DNA of 64,000 bases from Candidatus Falkowbacteria bacterium. Its GTDB lineage: Bacteria; Patescibacteriota; Patescibacteriia; Patescibacteriales; UBA12465. The DNA lies in assembly GCA_037137655.1 (NCBI GenBank), contig JBAXJX010000001.1, forward strand, positions 97,188-161,187, given 5' to 3'. The position numbers were made by a program, and so were the translations under genes. The notes under the pieces are model-generated. The model was not told the origin of the DNA. It worked only from the letters and a program-made list of their open reading frames with translations, and ran no database searches. Positions 53,930 to 62,368 of the stretch are shown here, piece after piece (positions within the stretch are counted from its first letter, which is position 1; the number at the start of each line of letters is the position of its first letter).

Positions 53930-56287
53930 ATGTCAAAATTAAAAATTGCTTTAATTGCGAGTCTGACTGTTGTTTTAGTTATCGCTGGAATTTTAGTGCT
54001 TAAACTTAAGCCGGTGAGCGCTCCGATGACTAACACAAACAATCAAACAGATCTTTCGTTGGTTTCGCCTGCCTCTTCAAGCACTCCAAGTAACGAGCCA
54101 AATATTGGTTTCGTACCGAATTACCATGAAGATAATGTGCCGCTGAGCCAAGTGTCTAATTATCAAGCGCTAAAGACTAAGTATGGTTTAAATCTTTCGT
54201 CCGACCAAGAGAAATTTTTAAATGACAATCGTTTCTTATTAGTTAACACTGAACAATCTTCTTTTTTTCACACCGGTTTTAATTTTGATCAGTGGTTATT
54301 GGACTCTGATACTTTAGGTGGCGGCAGTATTTATGACCGCAAACCGGAAGATGCGGTTTTGGTGACGCCAGACACTGTCTTGCACTCTTATCATAAATAT
54401 TTTGAACTTACTTTGGAACAATTAGAACAACATGAACTTAGCCAAGCACTAGGAAATTTTTTATCCGGCTTACATGCTAATTTAGCAGTGGCCGTTAAAA
54501 ATAGTTCTGGTGAAGTTAAAGCCCATTATCAAAATGTAGAAGCCCAAATAGTTTTAGCTCAAGTTTTATTTGAGAATAAAAATGTCGCTAAGCCAGATTA
54601 CTTTACCAATCCAGAGGACGAGCAAAAATATAGCGAACAAGATAAGACTATTGATTCGCTAGCTAATGCTGAAAAAATTCTAAAAAAATATTCCAATGAT
54701 TTAACACCCGAATTAATTACGGCAATTAAAACTGATTTAACGGAAATTTATGCGGCTGATAAAATTGGGGCCTCACCGCTTTTCAAACCATACGACGACC
54801 AAATTAAAACTGATTATACGCAATTTACACCGCGGAGTCATTATGCTAAGAATTCCACTTTGCGCGCTTATTTCCGCACGATGATGTATTTGGGTCGCAG
54901 CAGTTATTTGCTAAATAGTAATCTTGGGTTGGCTGATGCTAATTTATTGGTTAAACAAATGAATGTTAAAAATGGTACAAGCACTCCACTAGCCGCTTGG
55001 GAGAAAATTACGGCCGTCACTGGTTTTTATGCCGGTCAAAGCGATGACTTGTCATATCATGAATATCAAGATTTTGTGACTAGCGTTTTAGGAACTAATA
55101 ATCAATCCGACGCCGCTTTAATTGCTCCGGCTAATCTTGCGAACTTAGCGGCTAATTTAGATAAGCTTAGAAAACCAAAAATATTATCCGATGTGATTGT
55201 CGATGAAAATATTGGCGCCAAAACCAAAGATGATTTACTAAAACAATCTTTGTCATTCCGCGTTTTTGGTCAGAAATTTTCTTTTGACGCTTGGATTTTA
55301 AATGATTTAACGGCTGGTCAAGAAAAAACCGAAGTGAAATTACCATCAATGCCATCAGCTTTATTTGTGCCGGCAGCTTTCGGTGATCAAAGTGCCAAAA
55401 ATTATGCTGGTCAGTTTTTACAACAATCCGCTAATTTTAATAATGATGAACTTAATGGATTCATGGGTAAACTAGAACAAAAAACTTCAGATATTAAAAA
55501 AGTGAAGGACAACGAATGGTTTGGTTCTTTGGGTAGTTCTTGGCTTTATATTTTAGGCTCATTAACACACGACTATGGTCAAAATTATCCGCTCTACATG
55601 CAGGCTAAAAATTTCTTAAGCAAACAAATTCAAACTTTCTTGGGTTCTTATGCGGAATTAAAACATGACACTTTACTTTACGCTAAACAAAGTTATGCGG
55701 AAATGGGAGCGGGCGGTGATGATCGCCCAACGCCGCCGGTGGTCAAAGGTTTTGTGGAACCGAATTTAGAATTTTGGCGTCGCTTTAATAGTTTACTGGA
55801 TCGCACTAAACAATTATTTGATGATAATAAATTGTTTGAAGGTAATGCCGCAGCTGATCGCTTAGCTTCATTTAAAACCATTTCAACTTTGTATGCTAAA
55901 ATCGCCGAACAAGAATTGCGCGGGGAAGTAATTAGTGAAGATGATTATGAAACTTTGCGCACCACCAGATTGTCTTTTATGGCCCAACCATTTGAAGCTG
56001 TTGATCCAAGTGAAACTTCGGGTCAAACTGCATTAATCGCTGATATTCATACTGACATGATTTCCGGCCAAATCTTATATGAAGCAACAGCTAAACCATA
56101 TTTAATGTTGGCTATTGTTGGTAATGAAAATTCACCTCGGGTCGCGGCTGGATTGGTTTATAATCATTATGAATTGACCGATAAAATTGGCACCCGCTTA
56201 ACAGACGAAGCTTGGCGCGATCAAGTTTATAAAAATAATAATTTGCCAGTTAAAAATTTCTGGTATCAATCTCTTCTTGTAAAATAA
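53930..56287 (+). CDS. Membrane-anchored DUF3160-like protein (785 aa)
   Basis: N-terminal TM helix. The FTPRSHYAKNSTLRAYFRTMMYLGR motif matches my recollection of DUF3160. Not verified. Confidence 0.55.
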   Translation: MSKLKIALIASLTVVLVIAGILVLKLKPVSAPMTNTNNQTDLSLVSPASSSTPSNEPNIGFVPNYHEDNVPLSQVSNYQALKTKYGLNLSSDQEKFLNDNRFLLVNTEQSSFFHTGFNFDQWLLDSDTLGGGSIYDRKPEDAVLVTPDTVLHSYHKYFELTLEQLEQHELSQALGNFLSGLHANLAVAVKNSSGEVKAHYQNVEAQIVLAQVLFENKNVAKPDYFTNPEDEQKYSEQDKTIDSLANAEKILKKYSNDLTPELITAIKTDLTEIYAADKIGASPLFKPYDDQIKTDYTQFTPRSHYAKNSTLRAYFRTMMYLGRSSYLLNSNLGLADANLLVKQMNVKNGTSTPLAAWEKITAVTGFYAGQSDDLSYHEYQDFVTSVLGTNNQSDAALIAPANLANLAANLDKLRKPKILSDVIVDENIGAKTKDDLLKQSLSFRVFGQKFSFDAWILNDLTAGQEKTEVKLPSMPSALFVPAAFGDQSAKNYAGQFLQQSANFNNDELNGFMGKLEQKTSDIKKVKDNEWFGSLGSSWLYILGSLTHDYGQNYPLYMQAKNFLSKQIQTFLGSYAELKHDTLLYAKQSYAEMGAGGDDRPTPPVVKGFVEPNLEFWRRFNSLLDRTKQLFDDNKLFEGNAAADRLASFKTISTLYAKIAEQELRGEVISEDDYETLRTTRLSFMAQPFEAVDPSETSGQTALIADIHTDMISGQILYEATAKPYLMLAIVGNENSPRVAAGLVYNHYELTDKIGTRLTDEAWRDQVYKNNNLPVKNFWYQSLLVK

Positions 56288-58074
56288 TGAAACACAAAAT
56301 TGTTTTATCAATAATCGCCATCTCACTGATTATTTCTTTGGGGCTTATTTGGCGAACAAATAAAGCACTTCAAGCGGGTGAATTAAAAAATACTAACACC
56401 AAACTCGATCAAGCTATAAATTCTCCGGCAATAGAACTAAATGATTCGTTACCAATCGGCGCGCAATATTCCGATGTCGCCTTGTTCTTGTCACCGATAA
56501 AACAAAATCTGACTACAGCCACGACCAGCACTCTAACTGGTTTGATAGTACCGCATCATCTTTTGGCGGTAGATTTAATGGCTAAAACTTTTGGCTTGGC
56601 CGCTAACGGAAAATATCAAAACATTGTGGTTCTTAGTCCGGATCATTTTCAAGCCGGGAAGACTGATGTTTCAGTGACTGAGCGTAATTTTTCAACAGTC
56701 TTTGGCGAGTTAGAAAGTGATAAACAAATTTCACGGCAATTAAAAAAATTATCCTTTGTGAGTGAAGGTGATTTTTTTTATCGTGAACATGGCCTGGGTG
56801 CGCAATTACCATTTATCAAATACTATTTTCCGGCAGCTAAAATTACCGCTATAACATTTAAACCAGAAACACTGCAATCAGAATTAGATGAAATCGTGGA
56901 AGTTTTGAAAAACACCTTGCCGGCCAATTCGCTCATCGTTCAAAGTACGGATTTTTCTCATTATCTAACAGTGGAAAAAGCACAAGCGCGTGACCAGGAA
57001 AGTATGGCGGCGATTAATAAGAATGAAGCGCCAAATATTTTAAAACTGCAGCAACCGGATAATATTGATTCTGTGGCGGCGCTATATGTCCAAACAAAAT
57101 TACAACAAGAATTTTTTGGTTCAGCGCCAGAAATTTTGGCTCATAAAAATTCACAAGATTATACTAAGAGTGAAGTCACTTCGACTACGAGCTATTTGAC
57201 GGCGGCTTACGCTAAACCGCAAAATTCCGGTCGCGCGAATTTTATTTTTGTCGGCGATATTATGTTGTCGCGGTATATTGGCGATATAATGAAGACGCGT
57301 CAAGATTATAATTTTCCTTTTGTTAAAATTAAATCAGTTTTAAGTTCGGCAGATTTGGTCTTTGGTAATTTAGAAAGTCCTATTTCTGACCAGGGAAGAT
57401 CGGCCGGACATCTTTATTCTTTTCGCGCCGATCCACGCAGCGCCGTTGGCTTAAAAGACGCTGGCTTCACGGTTCTATCAGTCGCCAACAATCACGCTTT
57501 TGATTATGGCTTACCAGCTTTTTCTGATACTTTAAATAATTTAAAAAATAATGATCTAGCTTATGTTGGTGGTGGTCAAAATTTTGCCGAAGCCCATCGT
57601 GGATTTTATAAAGAAATAAATGGCATTAAAATTACCATTCTAGCTTACACGGATCTTTTGCCTAAAAGTGAAGCGGCGACAAATGATCAAGCTGGTTTTG
57701 TCTATTTAGATTTAAAACAAATAGCCCAAGACATTAAATTGGCTAAAGGCAAATCTGATTTAGTTATCGTTTCTTTTCATTTTGGTCGGGAGTATGAATC
57801 TAAATCGAATGTGTATCAACAAAAGATTGCTATGGCCGCTGTTGATGCTGGCGCTGATTTAATAGTTGGGCACCATCCTCATGTAGCCCAGGAAATTAGT
57901 GAATACAAAAATGTATCAATTGCTTATAGCCTTGGCAACTTTGTTTTTGATCAGAATTTTAGTGAAGCCACTAAAACTGGTTTAATGCTTAAAGTTTCGG
58001 TGGAAAATAAGAAAATCAAAAGCGTAATACCACAAATCATTAACTTTAATAATGATTATCAGCCGTATTATTGA
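56287..58074 (+). CDS. Fusion of a Memo-like (AmmeMemoRadiSam system protein B) domain and a CapA/PGA_cap metallophosphatase-like domain, membrane-anchored
   Basis: N-terminal TM helix. GLIVPHHLLA...REHGLGAQLPFIKYY...STDFSHY is Memo-like. FVGDIMLSRY...NLESPIS...ANNHAFDYG...VSFHFGREY...GHHPH is CapA-like. The start A overlaps the upstream TAA stop. Confidence 0.7.
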   Translation: MKHKIVLSIIAISLIISLGLIWRTNKALQAGELKNTNTKLDQAINSPAIELNDSLPIGAQYSDVALFLSPIKQNLTTATTSTLTGLIVPHHLLAVDLMAKTFGLAANGKYQNIVVLSPDHFQAGKTDVSVTERNFSTVFGELESDKQISRQLKKLSFVSEGDFFYREHGLGAQLPFIKYYFPAAKITAITFKPETLQSELDEIVEVLKNTLPANSLIVQSTDFSHYLTVEKAQARDQESMAAINKNEAPNILKLQQPDNIDSVAALYVQTKLQQEFFGSAPEILAHKNSQDYTKSEVTSTTSYLTAAYAKPQNSGRANFIFVGDIMLSRYIGDIMKTRQDYNFPFVKIKSVLSSADLVFGNLESPISDQGRSAGHLYSFRADPRSAVGLKDAGFTVLSVANNHAFDYGLPAFSDTLNNLKNNDLAYVGGGQNFAEAHRGFYKEINGIKITILAYTDLLPKSEAATNDQAGFVYLDLKQIAQDIKLAKGKSDLVIVSFHFGREYESKSNVYQQKIAMAAVDAGADLIVGHHPHVAQEISEYKNVSIAYSLGNFVFDQNFSEATKTGLMLKVSVENKKIKSVIPQIINFNNDYQPYY

Positions 58075-58124
58075 ATTTTTCCGCGGATATTGCTAGGCTA
58101 TTAATATAAATTAAACAAAAACAT

Positions 58125-58523
58125 ATGCTAAAAATTATTATCGCCTCCGGGCCAGTAATCGTGGAAAATAATAAAGTCTTGTTAAATAAACACGGTGACG
58201 ATGATTTTTGGAAATTTTGTGGTGGTCGCGCAGAAGATTATGAAATTAATTTAAAAGAAACCGCCGAAAGAGAAGTAATGGAAGAAATGGGTTTGGAAAT
58301 TGAAATATTAAATGAACAGCCGTATTTCTTTTATACCGAAAAAGAAAAGGATGGTGAAAAAATAAGCATCGTCCTGGCTCACTTTTTAGCTAAGAGAATT
58401 AATGAGATTGTGCCCGGAGCTGATATTCGTGGCTGGGATTGGTTAGATTTAAATAATTTAGACCAAGAAAATTTAGCGCCGAACATTTTACCAACCTTAA
58501 AACACTTCGGCTTTATCAAATAA
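58125..58523 (+). CDS. NUDIX hydrolase
   Basis: Nudix box GGRAEDYEINLKETAEREVMEEMGL. Confidence 0.85.
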   Translation: MLKIIIASGPVIVENNKVLLNKHGDDDFWKFCGGRAEDYEINLKETAEREVMEEMGLEIEILNEQPYFFYTEKEKDGEKISIVLAHFLAKRINEIVPGADIRGWDWLDLNNLDQENLAPNILPTLKHFGFIK

Positions 58524-58528
58524 AAACT

Positions 58529-60199
58529 ATGTCTGAAAATAACACTGAACAACTTAAGAAATTGGCTGACGCTTTATTACCGGAAGTGAAAATGACCCCG
58601 GAAGAAATTGTGGCCAAATATCCAGCGCGAAATTTAGCACCAAGTATTATGGTGACTCGAATCGCTCCAAGTCCGACTGGTTTTTTGCATATTGGTGGTT
58701 TATATACGGCCATGATTTCAGAGCGCTTAGCTCATCAATCCGGTGGCGTTTTTTATTTACGCATTGAAGATACGGATAAAAAAAGAGAAGTGGCTGGTGC
58801 CGTGGAATTAATTATAAATACTTTGCGTGAATTTAAAATAAAAGTGGACGAAGGTGAAATAGCTAATAATAAAGAAATTGGAAATTACGGTCCCTACAAA
58901 CAAAGTGCCCGGGAAGATATCTACAAAGTGTTTATCAAAAAATTAATTGAGGACGGTTTGGCTTATCCAGCTTTTGAATCTAGTTTGGAATTGGAAGAAA
59001 TTGCCAAGCGCCAGGGTGAAATTAAAATCGCACCTGGTTACTACGGTCAATGGGCGACGTGGAGTCACAAAACAGCGGAAGAATATTTAGCGGCTTTAGA
59101 GAATGGTTTAAAACCAGTGATTCGTTTGCGTTCTCAAGGTGACACGAAAAATTTTGTGAACGTGGAAGATTTGTTTAAAGGTAAATTACATTTACCGGAA
59201 AGCGATCAAGATATTGTGATTTTAAAATCTGATGGTTTACCGACTTATCATTTTGCGCACGTCATTGATGATCATTTTATGGGCACAACTCATGTGCTGC
59301 GTGGTGACGAATGGTTAGCTTCGTTATCTTTACATTTACAGTTGTTTAATTTGATGGGCTGGACTCCACCAGTTTACGGTCATTTAGCCCCAATTCAAAA
59401 ATTAGATAACGGTAATCGCCGTAAGCTTAGCAAGCGCCATGATCCGGAAGCGACCATGACCTATTATCAAGAAGCTGGTTATCCAGTTGATGCTGTAATC
59501 ATGTATTTATTAAATTTAGCTAATTCTGGTTTTGAAAAATGGTTATTGGAAAATCCGAACGAAGACTTGAATAAATACTCACTTTCCATTAATGAACTTA
59601 AAAAAGGCGCCGGTGCTTTGCTTGATTTAGTGAAAATGGACAGTTTTAGCAAAGAGCTTATTGGCCGAATGCCGGTAGAAAAAGTAGTGGAATTGGCTCT
59701 TGTCTGGGCTAGACAATATGATAATGATTTAGCTAGAATCATGGAAAGCGATTTAGCGTACACCACAGCAATTTTAAATATTGAAAGAGGTAATGATAAA
59801 GCGCGTAAAGATTTAACCAAGTGGTCGGACTTACGCGTGCAAATCGGTTTTATGTTTGATGAGATTTTTTCCGGCATTAAAATTAATACAGTTGAGCTAG
59901 AGGGAATTACACCGGAAGATATTAAAGCGATTATTGTTAAAACTTTAGAGCGATACAATTTAAATGATGATAAAGATACGTGGCTGCAAAAAATAAAAGA
60001 TTTGGCGGTGGAACTTGGTTTTGCGCCGGATGTGAAAACTTTCAAAGCTGAACCTGATAAATATAAAGGTCACTTTGGTGACGTGGCTAAAGTGTTGCGC
60101 ATATTATTGGTAGGTGAAAATAAATCGCCGGATTTATATGAGATGATGAAAGTGATGGGTGGAGAGAGGATTGCGCGGCGCTTAAATAATTATAAATAG
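58529..60199 (+). CDS. gltX: Glutamate--tRNA ligase
   Basis: PSPTGFLHIGG (HIGH), LRIEDTD and KLSKRH (KMSKS). Confidence 0.93.
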   Translation: MSENNTEQLKKLADALLPEVKMTPEEIVAKYPARNLAPSIMVTRIAPSPTGFLHIGGLYTAMISERLAHQSGGVFYLRIEDTDKKREVAGAVELIINTLREFKIKVDEGEIANNKEIGNYGPYKQSAREDIYKVFIKKLIEDGLAYPAFESSLELEEIAKRQGEIKIAPGYYGQWATWSHKTAEEYLAALENGLKPVIRLRSQGDTKNFVNVEDLFKGKLHLPESDQDIVILKSDGLPTYHFAHVIDDHFMGTTHVLRGDEWLASLSLHLQLFNLMGWTPPVYGHLAPIQKLDNGNRRKLSKRHDPEATMTYYQEAGYPVDAVIMYLLNLANSGFEKWLLENPNEDLNKYSLSINELKKGAGALLDLVKMDSFSKELIGRMPVEKVVELALVWARQYDNDLARIMESDLAYTTAILNIERGNDKARKDLTKWSDLRVQIGFMFDEIFSGIKINTVELEGITPEDIKAIIVKTLERYNLNDDKDTWLQKIKDLAVELGFAPDVKTFKAEPDKYKGHFGDVAKVLRILLVGENKSPDLYEMMKVMGGERIARRLNNYK

Positions 60200-60205
60200 T
60201 AAATT

Positions 60206-60236
60206 AAAATCACCCCGCATCTTGGGGTGATTTTTT
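60206..60236 (+). terminator. Rho-independent terminator after gltX; copy 1 of an identical 31-bp repeat
   Basis: aaaaTCACCCC-gcatctt-GGGGTGAtttttt is identical to 61491-61521. Confidence 0.85.
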
Positions 60237-60292
60237 TGCGCCTCAAACAAAATTTTGCTATAATTTATCTATAACAAAATAAATAATTTTTT

Positions 60293-61477
60293 ATGTTTCA
60301 TAAATTTAAAAAAGCTTTTACACTCATCGAACTTCTTGTTGTTATTGCCATCATTGGTCTCTTGGCAACTATTGCAATTGTCGCACTAAACAATGCTCGT
60401 TCGAAAGCGCGCGACGCGCGCCGCGTAGCGGATGTGAAACAAATCCAAACTGCTCTCGATCTATATTACAATGACGCCGGTCATTATCCACTAAATAATA
60501 TTTTTGCCTCTGGCACCATATTCACAACTTCCACGGTTACCGGTACAACAACTTACATGCAAATCGTTCCACATGCTCCAACTCCAACTGATGGTTCATG
60601 TAACGTAGCCGCTAATACTTATTCTTACGCCGTTGATAGTGAAGGTAAGGCTTACAACATTGGTTACTGTCTTGGTGGTCCAGCCGGATCAATGGCCGCT
60701 GGCTATAAATGTGCTACTCCTGATGGTGTCTTTAATATAGCTTGTGCTGGCGCAGCTACTTCAACCAACATGGTTGGTGGCGGCGGAGCAGCTAACTTCA
60801 CTTCTTGTGGCGACCAAGTTTCTTATGGTGGTAAGAATTATGACACGGTGCAAATTGGAACTCAATGTTGGTTTGTGCAGAATTTGAATATCGGTACTGA
60901 AATTCTTGGCGCTAATAATCAGAGTGATGTTTCTACATCATCTACTCCAACTGATTTCCAAAAATATTGTTTTGGTGATATGCCAACTAGCTGCAATACT
61001 AATGGCGGACTTTATCAATATCATACTGCTATGGCCTGGCCAGCAACCTGCGATAATCATAACGGTTTTTCACCATGTGACTTAACCTACCCACATCAAG
61101 GCATGTGTCCAACTAATTGGCACATTCCAAGTGATGATGAGTGGCATGCATTGGAGTTGTTTTATTCAAATCCTTCCAATGAAACTGCTTGTTCAGCTTT
61201 GTCGGTTGGTGATCATTGTCCTGGGGCTGGTACCGCTTTAACTCAAATTGGAGCAGGAAATTTTAATGCTATTTTTGGCGGTTTTCGCAATACTGATGGA
61301 TCATTTATTTATGGTGGTTCAAATCAATATAATGGAGCTGGAGAATTTCATTGGTGGTCAGCTACACCACCAACCAATAGCACTGCCTGGGAACGTTCAA
61401 ATAATTACCCGGGATATATTTGGAGAACTTATGCTAGTAGAACAAGGGGATACTCCATCCGCTGTATTCATGACTAA
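60293..61477 (+). CDS. Type IV pilin-like protein with C-terminal FISUMP-type domain (394 aa)
   Basis: MFHKFKKA|[17 protein letters not shown], a pilin head, then VQIGTQCWFVQNLNIG...LYQYHTAM...GMCPTNWHIPSDDEW...GYSIRCIHD. TGcTATAAT extended -10 at about 60258-60266. Confidence 0.85.
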   Translation: MFHKFKKAFTLIELLVVIAIIGLLATIAIVALNNARSKARDARRVADVKQIQTALDLYYNDAGHYPLNNIFASGTIFTTSTVTGTTTYMQIVPHAPTPTDGSCNVAANTYSYAVDSEGKAYNIGYCLGGPAGSMAAGYKCATPDGVFNIACAGAATSTNMVGGGGAANFTSCGDQVSYGGKNYDTVQIGTQCWFVQNLNIGTEILGANNQSDVSTSSTPTDFQKYCFGDMPTSCNTNGGLYQYHTAMAWPATCDNHNGFSPCDLTYPHQGMCPTNWHIPSDDEWHALELFYSNPSNETACSALSVGDHCPGAGTALTQIGAGNFNAIFGGFRNTDGSFIYGGSNQYNGAGEFHWWSATPPTNSTAWERSNNYPGYIWRTYASRTRGYSIRCIHD

Positions 61478-61490
61478 AATTTAATCTTTT

Positions 61491-61521
61491 AAAATCACCC
61501 CGCATCTTGGGGTGATTTTTT
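61491..61521 (+). terminator. Rho-independent terminator; copy 2 of the 31-bp repeat
   Basis: Identical to 60206-60236. Confidence 0.85.
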
Positions 61522-61523
61522 GT

Positions 61524-61552
61524 TTGACAGAAGCGGAAAATATTGATAAAGT
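61524..61552 (+). promoter_or_regulatory. Candidate promoter
   Basis: TTGACA (61524-61529), 17 nt spacer, TGaTAAAGT (61544-61552). Confidence 0.5.
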
Positions 61553-61595
61553 TTTTAATCAATTGTTCTTTAAATTTAATTTAAATTTTTTAGTG

Positions 61596-62267
61596 ATGAG
61601 AAAATCAGTTCTAATTGTGGCTAATAACTTAGCCATGAGTTTTTCGTTTGTTACCGCTCTGCTTTATTTAATAATTTACTTGAGTCATGGTCATATACCA
61701 ATGGTTCATAGCTTAAGATTATTTGAAAAACAGGCAGATGCTTTTTGGGGATTGCCCGTTTCGGTTGAATTTCCTTTTTCCTTGTCGCAGGCCTGGGATG
61801 TTATTTTTACTTATATTTTTGGTTTTGGTTTGTATTTAGGAATTAATTATCTTAAAGGTACCGGCCTAAAACAGGGGAATTTCTGGGATCATTATTTAGT
61901 GGCTTTTGTTGGCGGTTCATTATTATTAATAATTAATCCGTTCACATCAAATATTGCCTCAGTTGTTTCCACCTCAGTTCTAATAAGCTTAATTGTGATT
62001 ATGATTCCGGGTTTAGTCGCACCACGATCAGCTGTAATTATTTTTGCTTTAGTTACAAGTTTCATCGTTGGGACGCGCTTTGGATTTTTGATCGGTTTTT
62101 TGTTCGGGGCTGTTTTCTCACTTATTTTTACTCTATCTTTTTTGTTGGCTTATGGCATTTTTGTTATTTCCAGCATTATTATCCTTGTAAAAAGAAGAAC
62201 ATCGCGTCACCGAAGTGATATTGATGGTTTACTGGAAAATTCCAACCAATGGGGAAGTCTTAAATAG
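61596..62267 (+). CDS. Hypothetical polytopic membrane protein
   Basis: The start was moved to the ATG at 61596 (MRKSVLIV...), because the track start at 61512 lies inside the terminator hairpin. About 6 TM helices. Confidence 0.6.
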   Translation: MRKSVLIVANNLAMSFSFVTALLYLIIYLSHGHIPMVHSLRLFEKQADAFWGLPVSVEFPFSLSQAWDVIFTYIFGFGLYLGINYLKGTGLKQGNFWDHYLVAFVGGSLLLIINPFTSNIASVVSTSVLISLIVIMIPGLVAPRSAVIIFALVTSFIVGTRFGFLIGFLFGAVFSLIFTLSFLLAYGIFVISSIIILVKRRTSRHRSDIDGLLENSNQWGSLK

Positions 62268-62368
62268 GCCCCCATTTTTTATTTGGGGAAAGCGGATGCG
62301 CTTTTGGCTTGTTTTTTGAGAGAAAGGTGTTATAATAATATTAATTAGAAATAGCTTTACCCATCCTT

